DNA of 64,000 bases from Podarcis cretensis (GCA_951804945.1 OX638149.1:59892001-59956000); one strand, 5' to 3'; positions 38,565 through 51,394 are shown, numbered from the stretch's first letter. The notes: a model not told the origin generated them from the letters alone. A program made the numbers and translations.

Positions 38565-39769
38565 GACCCATCCTATAGGTCTGTGCTATAGAAGATAAGG
38601 TTACTGCATTTGTGTACATATCCTCCCTAAGTGAGCAAAGAGCAGGCCTCAAAATAATACCTTAAATTAACCATTGTCAGTAAACTCCCTTTCATGGGTA
38701 TTTGGAGTTTCTTGACTTGTATACCACATTTCTGCAGGTATACTACATATACTGTATGTGCCATTTGGGTCAGAAAGTCAGATACATCCAGCATCTATTA
38801 ATTTTAGGACTACAGGCTTCTCTGTGCCTTTAAAAACAGTCTGGCATGCAAATACTGAGCAAATGAAGCTTTTCATATCACTAGTTCAATATCAGGAAAA
38901 CGGTTTGCCACCAACTAGTGTTAGGTAAAATATAAATACAGTCTTGATCACTAAACCATGGTTTGGCCATCAGATAACATTTTGTCTGGACCCAACTTCT
39001 CATGTTGATTAGAAAAAGAGGAATGGGGGAATCTATGGTCAAACGAATGTTGGGCTCCCAACTCTCTCCAACCCCAGCCAGCATGACCAATGGTCAGGGT
39101 TGATAGAAACTGTAGCCCAGGAACATTTGGGGGTGGGGCACAGGCTTGCCAGCCCTGCTCTAGGAAGTGCAATGAGGTAGGAAATAAAACAGTGGGACAT
39201 AGACAATTAGATTCAAAGCTGAAAAGGCAAAGCAATGACCACAACAGAAATAAACATCTTCAATCAGCACTCTTCACTGAAACACTGGATAGTCCAGTGG
39301 TATGTGGACTTCAGAATGAATGAGTCCAACTTCTGCCTGCACCATGAGTAACATTTTGTGTGACTGACTGAATCACAGGCAATGAACTACCACAGAATTA
39401 CAAGTCATTTCCAAAGGACAGTATCTGGATCCAGCTGAACAGTGCTCTTATCTGGATTCCAAAAGCACACTGTCTCACAGGATGACAAGGGTAGGCCCAG
39501 CACACATCAACATCCGTAGGATGAACACAACATGCAGCTAGGCAGTAGTTTTCAGGCACATGATCTGCAGCAGTGCTCATGACCTGCTGCCTCCATAAAC
39601 TACTGGCTCACGTGCCGTGGCCTTTCGGCAATTATAAACATGGAAATGCGTCTAACAAGCACAAATAAGCATCTCCTCAATGCTCCAGGAAAATCAATGT
39701 GCATCTCCCTATTGCATTAATGGCTAAGAAGTGGGTGGGGGTGGGGTTCAATCACAGGACAAAGAGAAG

Positions 39770-39925
39770 GGCTATTAGCGTGGTGGCAGAGTGCCTATTT
39801 TGCACTCAGGTCTCCAGTTCCATCCCCAGCATCTCCAGGTAGCCTTGGAGAAACCTTGGAAGGCATGTAGACATGCTGAGCTAGATGGAGCATTGCTGGG
39901 TGGACCTGGCAGCTTCATATCCTAG
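39770..39925 (+). mobile_element. Degraded tRNA-derived SINE (other squamate family)
   Basis: tRNA-like head (tggcagagtg...ccagttccatccccagcatctccaggtag) and gctgagctagatgga core; recognised by eye. Confidence 0.4.
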
Positions 39926-40129
39926 AGACACTTAAGGGTTATTTTGATGTTCACCCTGCCAGAGTTCTTACCAGCTTTAAGCTTGCGGGGAGCAGCACCC
40001 CCAAAATGAAGCTGTCAAATAACTTCCTTCCCCCGAGACCACACACCACACACAATGATATTCTCCTACTCCAGACAAGCCCATCCAGTTTTCGCATCCA
40101 CATCCACTAGCCTGAATTGCAATCCATGC

Positions 40130-41260
40130 GCCCAGGTACATGCCAACTGCCCAGGGGGGCGGGCAGTCCTTTCTCCAGCACGATGCTGCCCCCACGAGCA
40201 GGCACGGGGCGCGGGCACGCCCGGCGAGCGGAAGAGCGAGCCGGGAAGTCGCTCCCCTCCCTTCGGGAATGAGCGTCCCAGACAAGGAAGCAAGAGCGGC
40301 TCAGCCCCCTTCGATCAGCTGCCTCCTCGCCACGGAAGAACAAAGGGCGATCAAAGCGAGGCAGCCCACCCAGCCAGCCACGGAGATGCCATGTGGCACC
40401 CCAGCCCCCACTTCCTCCCTGCCTCCCTATACGACTCTTCTCCTTCCTCCTCCCCTCACAAGTCTCAGTCTGGGCTGCTCCAGGTACGGGCCCCACCTTG
40501 CAGCGCCGATGCCCTAGTTAGATCCCCGGGATGGCCATGCTGCGCGTGGCGCAGAAATCAAAGCCAAGGCACCCCCTCCCCGCCCACTTGATTTTTATTT
40601 ATTTTTTAAGCCCCCACGCCCGGCTGCACCTCCCGGTTCCAGCCAAGACCCGAGTCCCGCTACGAGCAAGCGGATCGCGGGCGGCAGGGACCCTCCCGGC
40701 TTGCGGATCTTGCTGCGCCGAGGAGCCTCCCCGTGGCTGGCGCAAAAGGCGAGCGGCGCGAGGGAGCACCTGGCCGGGCTCCTGCCACTTACTTTGTTCC
40801 CAGCCCACTTCCTGGCTGCCCAGGCGCCTTCCTCTCCCGATGCAGCGTCTCCTCGCTTTCCCCGGCTGGGGCTTCCTAACTCGGCTGGTGCTGCAATTTC
40901 CGCCTCTCCCAAGATCCCGTTTCCTGTTTTTCATCACAGCGCGTCATCAGGTGGGAGAGGACTAAAGCGAGCTGCCGGTGGCGGTTGGCACTCGGCTCCG
41001 GGCGGGCTTTGCAGCAAGTCGGCGGAAACGGGGGTAGCCTAGATTGGAAGCCCACCGATGCGCCCCTCTCTTCTCCTATGCAAAAGCTCCCGGACCCTCT
41101 CTCTGCACCGCCTCTTTCTAATGCGCTTGTTCGGGTCCCTAGCCCGCTATGGGAGCATCGTTTCTTGTCAAAGCGTGCAATGGCTTTTGCCATTCAGAGG
41201 GTGGGAGTGGGGGAACCCAGGCGTTCAAGTCGGCCGGTGGGTGGGCGGGAAATTTTACTA
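40130..41260. promoter_or_regulatory. CTTN: CpG island / CTTN promoter
   Basis: Abrupt GC- and CpG-rich block upstream of the CTTN start exon; GC box near 41000; minus-strand CCAAT at 41043-41047; TGACGC half-CRE near 40941. Confidence 0.85.
40793..41000 (-). other. CTTN: Probable non-coding first exon of CTTN (TSS approximate)
   Basis: Strong donor AAA|GTAAGT at 40792 inside the CpG island. An upstream exon is required because the ATG exon begins at an acceptor. Confidence 0.6.
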
Positions 41261-41344
41261 GCGATTGGATCACAACGTCTACCCAAAAGCAAACCACGTC
41301 TCACTGATTTCAGTGGGGTTGGCTCCCAGCTAAAATGGGCATGA

Positions 41345-42340
41345 GATTATTTAACAAAATTTGCATACCGCCACCAGTACAAAAGACCTCTAAACAGCTT
41401 ACAGTAGATAGCCTAAAATAGTAATTAAAAAAAATCATTAAAAACAAGTCACATAAAAAATTCAGCTTTAAAATAACATCTGTAATTTTAAAACAGTTGT
41501 ACTTGTAATGCAGTTGTAATGTAACATGCATTAAAATTGCATGTTAAGATTACATGCCTGGGTAGCCTTGCTGGAACTAAAATAGTTTTTAGTAGGCATG
41601 GAAAAACCATTTGGAGAATGCACCTGCCTAATGTCAATGAGCAGAGAATTCCAAAGTGTAGGTGATGCAACACTGAAAGGCTGGCTTCTTGCAAGCGTGG
41701 AATGAACATTGTATTGTACTTGTAAAAGCGCTAGTCCCACAGACTGAAGTGGCCGACTGGACACCTATGAGGTGGGGCCCCCCTTTAAGAAAACTGGCCC
41801 CAAGTTGTTGAGAGCCATATACTAACAGTAACACATTGACCTTGACCTGGTAACATACCGGCAGCCACTGCAGATCTCTGAGGAAGATATGCTGAGAGGG
41901 TCTCACTCCTGTCAGCGATCCTGCTGCAGTTTCCAGGTCAAGCACAAGGGAAGTCCTGCATAGTAATCCAATACTGAAGTCATTAATGCCTGGACATTAA
42001 CGTGCAACAAGCTATCCCGATTCTGTTGTTGCACTAGTCAAAGCAAACAGAAGCCACTCCTAGCCACTGAGGCCTCCAATCACAACCCCATCCAGGGACG
42101 GCAACTGGCCAATTTCTCAGACACAGGAAACCATTCACCCACAGCGCCTCCATCTTACTGGGATTCAAAGCTCAGTTTCTTTTTCCTCATCCAACCCACC
42201 ACTGTGTCTGGGCACCAGTCCAGGTCCTGCACGGCCTCTCCTGATTGAGATGTGGAGAAATAGAGCCGAGTATCACTAGCATACTGATGGCACTTTGCCC
42301 CCGAAATTACAGCCTCACATGACCGTTTGTGTAGGGCCAT
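41345..42340 (-). mobile_element. Diverged L2 LINE fragment
   Basis: Remnants HQYASDTRLYFS (YADD region), LQWLPVCYQVK and FSVASPTLWNSL in shifted frames. Confidence 0.8.
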
Positions 42341-45139
42341 CACAAATGAGGGAAAAAGGAGCTGGAGGGGTCCAGGACTTCAGCAGAGGGAGGACAAAAG
42401 CAACAGTCTTTGACCTGGAATAACGGGTCACTTCCACTTTTCTGCCTCAGGTTGTTTCCCTTCTCCCCAGCCAAGCTCCTGTAGAAGAGGGAAGCACTCT
42501 AGCTTCTTTTGCCAGGCATGTGCATGGGACGAATAGGTAAACAGAACACTCTTTTTACCATCTGCAAGTCCAAACTTCAGAGATCTGTGCTTTAAAAATG
42601 GCATTTCTATAGCTTAAAAAGTTGTCTATTGAACTCCAAATAATAGCAATGACAACTGTTGGAAACTCATGTTTGGGGCACAGAGCTGAGACTGACTGCT
42701 TAAAAACATGTATGTATGTATTGGAAACTGTTAAGGAACACTTTTCTACTCTTTGGAAACCTGCAACTTAAAAAAAAAATGTTCTAGGATACAATTTCCT
42801 ATAGACCTTTTTTTAGGGTAAATGAGAGATGTTACACCATTGGGAAAGAAGAGCAATGACTCACAATACAGTTTAATGGTGGTAAAAATGTGAGGAAGAG
42901 TGTAGAAAAGCAACTTTATTCCATCTATGGAATTTATAGCTGAATGAAATTTGGAACATGACTGTTATACGCTAAAAAACCAATTTCTAAAAGCGTCTCT
43001 TAAAACTGTTGTGGCTGACCTCAACAAGATTTCAAAGTATTAGCACCATCGCTTGCTTCATCGCATTGCTTCAAAATGTGCAAATCTATGTGTCTATCAT
43101 TCTGCTGAACAGGGCCCTGGACTTCTGCCCAGAGGGCATCACTGTTTCCAGGAGAGAACATTCTACAAAACTGAAGTAGAAAACTTTTCTTATGGCATGG
43201 GGAGAGAAGAGCCAGCCAGATCTCAAGTGATGGAAAGGCTCATATGGATCTAAGTCAGGGCTAAGCAATGTTATGCCCTCCAGATACTGTTGACAACAGC
43301 TCTCACCAGCCCTAGCCAACATGGGCAATGGTCAGGGATGATGGGAATAGTTATCTGGAGGACACTTATGGACACTGGGCCTTGGGTCAACCTCCTGAAG
43401 ACCCAAAAGCCAATCAGGGCTGGGGGGGGGAGTGTTGACCAATCACGAGGGAGTGGAGAGTTAAAGAAGAGAACCTGACATAAATGGTCAGATAGCGCTT
43501 AGGTGGATTTTAGGCTTTTAAAGGCTTGGCTGGGTGGTTAGGGTTTCACTAGGCTGGGCAACCCAGATTATTTCTCTGAAGGGAAGGAAAAGATTCCAGG
43601 AGGAATCTGAAAGTGTTTTACTGGCTGAGTAAATAACCATTCTTGGAACAATTAGTTTAATTAGAAACAGGTTTAAAGTAAAGCTTTAAGTAAAGTTCTT
43701 AATTACTTCTGTAAAGTGATCTGACTGAAACAAAATGTTGTACCTTCCCAGAGTAATCACTGAGCTTTAACCCTCACTGAATGTGTATAAATAAAATTCC
43801 AGTCTTGTTTCCAACATGCCTCATTCATACTTTGATCTACTGGTTGAGGGATAAGTGGCCTCAGGTTTTCCTTTATATAAAGAATCCTTGCTACTGCATT
43901 AGTAAACACTACCATGTACAGAGAATCTCCTACCTCTCAATAATTATTGTCAGGAGGTGTTTTAAATTTTAAAGTGCCTCCAACCTGGTCATATTACCTT
44001 GCTCCCATTTTTACTGAGGGAGTTTGCCCCAGACTCCACACTGACTACCCAAGGTCTAAGATACTGATACAGAATTAAAAGGGGAAACTGCTGGGAACAT
44101 TAATCTTCCTCCTTTCCAGGGTTTGAGATGCAGTATGGAAGGAGAAGAAGCTGTAACTCCTTGCTTCTAGGGCAGCAAACAGCTGTTTCGTTTGATTCTG
44201 TGCTTGCACCTCAAAATGTGAGCGGCAAGTTGTGAACCGCTGAGAAAGGAAAAGCTAGGGGAAATGTGTGATTCATCTGCATTGAAATAACTGCAGAGAG
44301 AACTGAGGCTGAATCCTGTTATCATTCAATATTGAGGAAAGCACATTCAACATAGAGTTGCTATAGCTACCAGAAATATTAATCTGTTTCTACACTAAAG
44401 TGCTAGAATAGCATAGATGAAAAAAAAAGGGGGGGATAATCCCCAGATTACATGACAATAGCTCCTGGTCACAGGGCTAAGCAGCCATTTAGAAAACAAG
44501 CGGATGGCAGAAGGCAACAGCAGTTTCATCAACTGTGGGGTGAACTTCAAAAGGTTTAAAAGCAAACCACTTACTGAAGCATTCTAGAAATGCTTGTTTT
44601 ATGTGGCACATTTTGAGACAAATTTTCATCAGCAGGGTTCCAATCCTGCACACAGCTGAGGTGCTCAGCCATGCATTGTTATGCAGGTTTACTGTGAAGT
44701 TGCACTGGAGTCCAACGGAGTTTACCATCAAAGCCGCAATCTAATGTATGGCTACACTTTACGAACGTAAACAGACTGTGACACAGCACAGGCGGTGCTT
44801 TCCAGATGTTCTGGGTAATTCACATCAGTCCTCAGCCAGCATGGGCAATAGGAGAATGGGAGTTGTAGTGCAAAGCTACTAGAACACCACATTGTGCTAT
44901 ACCACGGGTAGCTTAAGTGTCTTGAAGGTTATTGGACTTGCCTCAGTTTAAACCAGCCTCATCCAAGTTGTAGTCTAATTCTGGAAGTTGTGCTTCAAAA
45001 TCATCTGGAGGGCATGTGGGCTGGTGAAAGCTAGTTTCAGCAAAGGGGAACATGACTGGATGCTTCACAAGAAATCTCATCCACATCAGTTAATTACTTG
45101 AAATCTCACTTCAAAACACTTCAAGCCCCATTGTTGGCA

Positions 45140-46536
45140 GTGGAAAAAAATGCTTCAGTACTTTATTGAAAGAAAGCAATAAATAATACTGTGATAAAAA
45201 TAGTTCAAAAGTACTTAGTCTGTACATATTTTGTTACATAATCAGAAGTACACATAAAAGATTAATAGAAAAAAACAACAAAACAGTAACAATGAATTTC
45301 AGTCGTACAATTAAAAAGAGCCAAAACCAAAACAGAAAAAGACATGCTGTATATATTATTGCATAATAAATAATGCACCATAATCTGAACTCATTCCTCG
45401 CTGGCCTCTTAAAGATGCTATTTAAAAAAAGAATGATGCATTTTTCTACTTATATTGGTTGAAATGGCTAACGCTATTAACAATTAACTTTTTGTCCAGA
45501 ATTTAAAACAAGTTTATAAATATATGCAAAAGATGGCGTAAGAAAAATAAGGCCTTTTTAATAGTTGCACTACTACACGCTTTAGCCTCATGGGCCATCA
45601 GCATTTTCGTCATGAGACAGTTGCGCATCATGATTGGTCCACTTAGAAGAACTGCATCAGTATTTTTCCGAAAAACAGTTTCACATCAAAATACAGGAGA
45701 GCACTTCGTTGCCTGTTGAGTACTATTAGGAGCTATCCTCGGTTAAGAGAAAATATTTCCGCTTATGGCTTATGCTCAGTCAATGAACATAGACTGTACA
45801 AATATAGCCACAAAAAAGTAGTTATAAATGAGCTCACCAGGTCTCACACACATTTCATAGTATTCAAATAAATCCCACATTTTAGAATTTCATTTAAAGC
45901 AAGTTATATTGAACAGAAGACTTAAATAAATCCACATTAAAATCATATGCTAGGTGGAAAAAGTAGAGTTATGAACGGAAATAGAAGCAGGTACCATGCC
46001 CACTTTATTAATAAACATACGCTTCTCTGAAAAAAATGGGATTTATTTAACATTTTAGAGCTAGCTAGCATTTTCCAAATGGCAAAATATATATACTGCT
46101 TGAGTCAGGATACCTTTACAAAGATAGTAAAATCCTTTTCACCTGTGTTTATTATTAAAAACTTATTATTGATAATTACAATAACTGCATAATTTACAAA
46201 AACCCTACATTGCTTATAGGGGTAGATACATACAAGCATTACAGTACATTCAGTTGAAGAGACTAAAATTAACAAATCGGCAGTAATTTGATTTATAGAC
46301 TGAATACAAAGGTAAGTAATAAGACTCACATACACTTACATAAATATAAGAAACATTTAAGTCTAAAATACTTTCTCTATAGTACTCACAAATTCATCTA
46401 ATTAAAAACTCTGTAATAAAATATTTCAAAGTGTTGATTTAACAAGTATTAACAAGATTAAAGATTTGAATTGTTTCCAAAATACGGTCTTTGATTCAAA
46501 ATGTTTCAGGTCATCTGTAGAAATAGTGGGGATAAA
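45140..46536 (-). other. PPFIA1: PPFIA1 terminal exon (3' UTR; first 26 nt potentially coding)
   Basis: Acceptor tactttattttcag|TTTATCCCC at 46536. The preceding exon has a donor 12 nt after its stop, so a UTR exon is needed. Confidence 0.75.
45162..45167 (-). terminator. PPFIA1: PPFIA1 distal poly(A) signal
   Basis: Minus-strand AATAAA at the end of the AT-rich UTR, followed by a U-rich tract; more proximal AATAAA near 46004 and 46148. Confidence 0.6.
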
Positions 46537-47827
46537 CTGAAAATAAAGTAAGACTCAGTTAGTTGCAGAAGTCAAGTCAGGAACATGTATGCACCATCTC
46601 TCTGATCCAAGGAATGACAAGCACAGAGGGGAGTGTACATGCAGTTTTACTCTCTTTTCACAGCCTCAATCAAGGGAGGCAGTGAAAGCCTGTCACAGTG
46701 CCAACTGGCTGTTAGGCAAAGGAAGGGGGGAAACCAGACTCTGCCCAGACTCCCCTTTTCCTCTACATCCAAAAGCTGATCAGTTGTATAGAACGACTTT
46801 ACTCAGAAGTGTCACGGCACCAGTGGGCTACTCCTCTTGGCCCCACGAGTGCAACTGCACCAGATGCACAACTAGCTGTAAAGTACTTCCTATAGGTAGC
46901 TTTCGAAGAACAAGAATATTTTATAAATCAGTCTTATATACAATAAAATGTTACGTATTCCCATGCACTGTCTCCCCAAAGATATAATTAAGGCAGACAT
47001 GTTTTAAACAAAAACCAAACCATTTACTTGAAGAGGCTGATCTAGCCATGGGCGTAGTCAGGCTGCCCCCCTGCCTTCCCCTGGTTACCCCCATGAAGGC
47101 AGCCTTTATTCCTTAAAGCAGGATTATAGCCCTTAAGGGTTGGACAGAATTTTAAAGGGTAAGGAGCAGCGTCCGGCATGGCTTTTTGTTCATTCACTTA
47201 CCCAGTACAACAGAATAAAAATTTTGAAGTATACAGATGTATTTGTACTTACAATACTACAAACCCCAATACAAGTTATTTGCATATTACATAAAAGTCC
47301 CCCCTTTTCAATCTTCCAAAAACAAACTAGAAAGGCTGGCGCTGAAAGTAGTTATCAGCGCATGAAAATATTTATTTTTTTCACATTTATCTAATGTAGA
47401 TTTATTTAAAATATTTATATACTGCCCATTTCACAAAGACATACAGAAGGGGGTATGACTTCTGCGCACAGAGCCTTTCAAAAGGTGTCCCCACAGAACT
47501 CAAACTTATGTCTAAATTACAGAGTTTAAAAAGTAGTTTGAGGACTAGGTATGACAGCTGTTATATATTGGTGCTGTATATGGACTATTTCACCAACTTC
47601 CTTTTTACAGCTGCTTGGCTGAATCACAAAACTGCTTTCTAAATTCATAGGGCTGGACAGCAGTTTGTGGTTCTGGGGGACATCTTCCGAATCAATGTGG
47701 ACTTCAGCATGCCACAGACAGCAACCAGAAAGATGTCAAGAATGTGTTCCTATATTTGTATACTGTAACTTTAAAAACATCAATGCACCCCAATGAGGCT
47801 ATCACTGTTACTTACCAATAAAAGGCT

Positions 47828-47886
47828 TTAACATGAGTAAGTCCTTACTGTAGCAGAATCCAATCTTTGTGTTGCTGATACATTGC
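47828..47886 (-). CDS. PPFIA1: Liprin-alpha-1 last coding exon (PDZ-binding C-terminus); exon continues to 47816
   Basis: (G)NVSATQRLDSATVRTYSC*; tag acceptor; donor TTG|gtaagt at 47815. Confidence 0.96.
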
Positions 47887-48530
47887 CTATTCCAACAATC
47901 AGGAAGACATGCAGAACACAGCATGCAGTTAGTATTAGAATCACATATCAATGCAGTTACAGTAACAAGATAAAGTTACAAAATGTTAGCTACGCAGAAT
48001 GTAAAGTAATTGGCTACATATTCACTACTTTGTATTTGTAAGCCACTTTATGAAAAGGATGGGAAAACCTTGCGCATATTGAGGGCCACTGATAATTGTC
48101 AAATTGGCTGCAGCCCACCAAACTATACCAGCATATACTTTCCATTCTTCTAAGTAGGTCAAAACAACCACATGCCCCAATCACAAATTTGGAAAAGGTC
48201 TCACAGCTCAATGGCAAAAGACATGCTTTGTGTGCAGAGGGCCTCAGGAATTGGAAGCAATACTAATGGACCAACGCTCTGCATTGGTGTAAGACAGCTT
48301 CCTAGGTTCATTAACAGCTTTATCCCTAGAGCAGCATTCAATGTGGTGCCTGGGGTCATGAATTTATAAGCCTCGTACTAGCTATATTCACATGGCAGCT
48401 TCTCACTTAGGTGTTTAAGGTCAGGTGACTCCCAGCCCTATGCTTCTGTGCCAATACTGACACAGTTCCTCTCCATATACCTAACATAGCCCATAAAAGA
48501 ACTAACAAAAATGAAGAGAGGTCAAGGAAA

Positions 48531-48661
48531 GGGGACAGCTCAGTCAGTAGAGTATGAGACTCTGAATTTCAGGATCATGGATTCGAGCCCCACATTGGGC
48601 GAAAGATTCCTGCATTGTAGAGAGTTGAGCTAGATGACTCTCTTGGTAACTTACAACTCTA
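48531..48661 (+). mobile_element. Short tRNA-derived SINE with CR1-like 3' end
   Basis: Head agctcagtcagtagag...ggattcgagcccc fused to ttcctgcattg...agatgactctc...caactcta (CR1-type tail). Confidence 0.7.
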
Positions 48662-49459
48662 TAAAACATGAGAGATGGCACTATAGCAGGTGTCCCATCT
48701 GCCCTGAGGGAGGCAGCTGTGCGTCCCTTCATTAAGACGACCTCCCTGGACCCAGAAGTATTAAAACTATTGCCCAGTGGCAAATATACCGTTTTGCAGC
48801 AAGGTGTTTGAGAAGGTGATGGTGGCCTAGCCTTAGGAATGCTTGGAGAAAGCTGATTACATGGATCCATTCCAATCTGACTTTAGCCCTGGTCACATCA
48901 CTGAAACTGCCTTGGTTGTCTTGGCTAATGACATTTACTGAGAGAGCGCATCTGGGCCAGAGACTCCCCACCTTTTGTTAAGGAATCAGGTTGTTTACTG
49001 GTAAGACCTGCATAGCTGGTAGAATCTACCACTTCCAGCTGCTGAATAATACCTATCCACCAAGAGGACTGGAGCAGAGCATCATACAAGCTCAGCTGAA
49101 ACTGGATTATGTACAGCAATAGTACTTTGTGGATTGCATGCAACAATATTGCATTATGCGCTACATAGATTCAGATGTGTTCCATTACCACACAGATATT
49201 TTTTTTTTAAAAAGATTTCTAAATCATTTGAAAACAATCCTAAAGTTTGCTTCATTAGGTCTCACAGAAAGTGAACAGTTATTAATGCTGAAATAGTATT
49301 ACTAATGCTGCCATCATTCACTGACAAATTAAAGCATTACTGAAAGTCATGCACAGGGTTAAGTCCTCCTCTCTCCCCATACAAAGAAAGCAGATGATTA
49401 CACTTACAACCTCAGGCATAAATCAGCATCATGCTTAAAAAAAATAAGCACTACATTAC

Positions 49460-49625
49460 CATCAATTTGCATCTTCTTTGGCTGCATAGAAGGTGAAGAC
49501 ATTGAGGTGTTAACTCTGAAGTTTGCAGGGAGAGTCTCTGCTGATCCAGCTGCTAAGCCCCGTATGTCCTTTGGTCTGAACTTCTTCCTCCATGAAGGTG
49601 CTCGTCTAAAGCTTTTGTCATCATC
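49460..49625 (-). CDS. PPFIA1: Liprin-alpha-1 coding exon
   Basis: DDDKSFRRAPSWRKKFRPKDIRGLAAGSAETLPANFRVNTSMSSPSMQPKKMQID; tag/gtaatg; 166 nt. Confidence 0.97.
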
Positions 49626-51394
49626 CTATCAAGTTAACAAGTGTAAGATTGAACATGAAAAAAAGGCAATACACTTTAATATATGATTAATATACAACAC
49701 AACCATAATATTCAAGAGGGCTCAGAACATTGTGCTTTGGTTTAGATTTTTAGATGCTTTGGAACCACATATTTTGCACGTTGCTGATCGTTTTATTGAT
49801 GAAGTATAAAAATCCAATATTCATGCATCCTTTTCAAAGACTATCTACTCCCATGGCTGTCAGTCTCTGACAGTCTTCCCCCCCATCTAATAGGAATTTG
49901 AAATTATGCAATACGATAAGCAATTTTAGCAGACATTACATTAGTTACAAAAATTCAGTACTGAATTCCAAATTAATGCAGAAAAGAAATGTTTCTGCAG
50001 CCTTTTGTGAGAAGGGCAATTCTGTTGCCATTTTGTGTACCTTGAACTGTTTCCTTTTTGCTTTGTCTGAGAAAATAAGCTAAGCAAAAATTTAGCTGGA
50101 CAGACAAATCAAGCTGTGAGTTTCCCACAAAATTCTCATTGATGTGGACGAGAGAGTGATTCAAATAGCTTGAGATCTCCAGGACTACAGTTCTCCTCTG
50201 GTTCTAATTAAATCACTGTACTGTCTATTAATTGGCTACCTACAGCCCTGAGAAATAAAGAGTGATATCCAGGCAGTATTGTAAACTGAACTTCAAAAAA
50301 ACAATGAAAAGCTTACTACTTTTTTGTTAAACAAGGACAAACAAGACAGTTGGCCTTCCTTTTTGTGTGCCTGGAAATTCCCTTTGCAGGGCTACCCTTT
50401 TGTTCATCAAGCCTCTTTCCACTCAGCCTTAACAGCTCTGGCATGCTGGAATTCCCTTGAATGTGAGTTTCCTTTTCTACTGACCACTCCCCTTTCCCCT
50501 GAGTATCACTTGTCCCCCACCCAGTTTGCAAGTGCCCTCCTGGTCTGTCCTACACCTCACTGAATCACCATCACCTTCTTTGGCATTTCCAACAGAACGT
50601 AAGGAAGGAAAAACAAGGTGATGTTATATTTCTCCTTTTTTAAGCCTTTTCCTTCTGTGAATTCCCCTCCGACCAGCTCTCTTATCAGAAGTAGAAAGCT
50701 ACAGTGCACAGCTGTACCATTCATCCCACAACTCCTCCTCCTCACTCTCTTGTGCTCTCCCTATAGGAAGCCTTTCAATAGTTAATCATCCTTTTTGACA
50801 TAAAAATCAAGAAACTATTTAAATTCATTGAGAAGGAGTACAATTTACAGAAACTCAGCTGTCTCATAAACAAAGCAAGCCAGGGATAGCATCCACAGAT
50901 CTCCAAGAGGGGTTGGAGGGTGTATATTGTGCTCTGTTCTGTTGAGATACTGAACAAAAATGAACCAACACTTACAAAATTTGACCTTTCCATTTGCCCC
51001 TGTTCACTTTTATACGTTTAGTCTGCTTTTTTAAAATCAAGGCTTACTTGATTATATGACTGCTCAGTTCTTTCCAGTGCTGCATAACCATAATCAAACC
51101 TCAGTTTCTAGAAAAGCCCTGACTCACCTCCATTGCCCCCCATGGTAAGTGGGCACTTTGCCTCCTAAACTAAATGATCCTAAAGTTATTCACGCCTGAC
51201 CGCTTTTGTGTTTTGGTTAGTGTGCTACTTTGGGCCAGCTCTACTGGACTGAAAACAGCAGAAGACAGCCAGGGTTGCAGTGGGAAACAGATTCACTAGC
51301 ACACATTTGAGATAAATTCCTCAAGCTACTCTTATACTTGAAGGGCTTATTCCCTGAATATGTAGAAGTGGCATACATGTCCTGAGAATGTAAA

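Noticed and set aside
38099-38652. ORFs with WLWLWL / PEPEPE repeats, and similar ORFs near 34.0 and 51.9 kb
   Set aside because: Translations of the SINE body and its hexamer expansion, not genes.
39977-41344. Many overlapping 100-180 aa ORFs on both strands
   Set aside because: Expected from stop-codon depletion in a GC-rich CpG island; low-complexity Pro/Arg/Ala/Gly translations with no recognisable domain.
47816-47827. Intron downstream of the PPFIA1 stop codon as an NMD trigger
   Set aside because: The junction is only 12 nt after the stop, within the ~50-55 nt NMD-immune distance.
48531-48605. Possible tRNA gene
   Set aside because: Degenerate stems and direct fusion to a CR1-like tail indicate a SINE head, not a functional tRNA.
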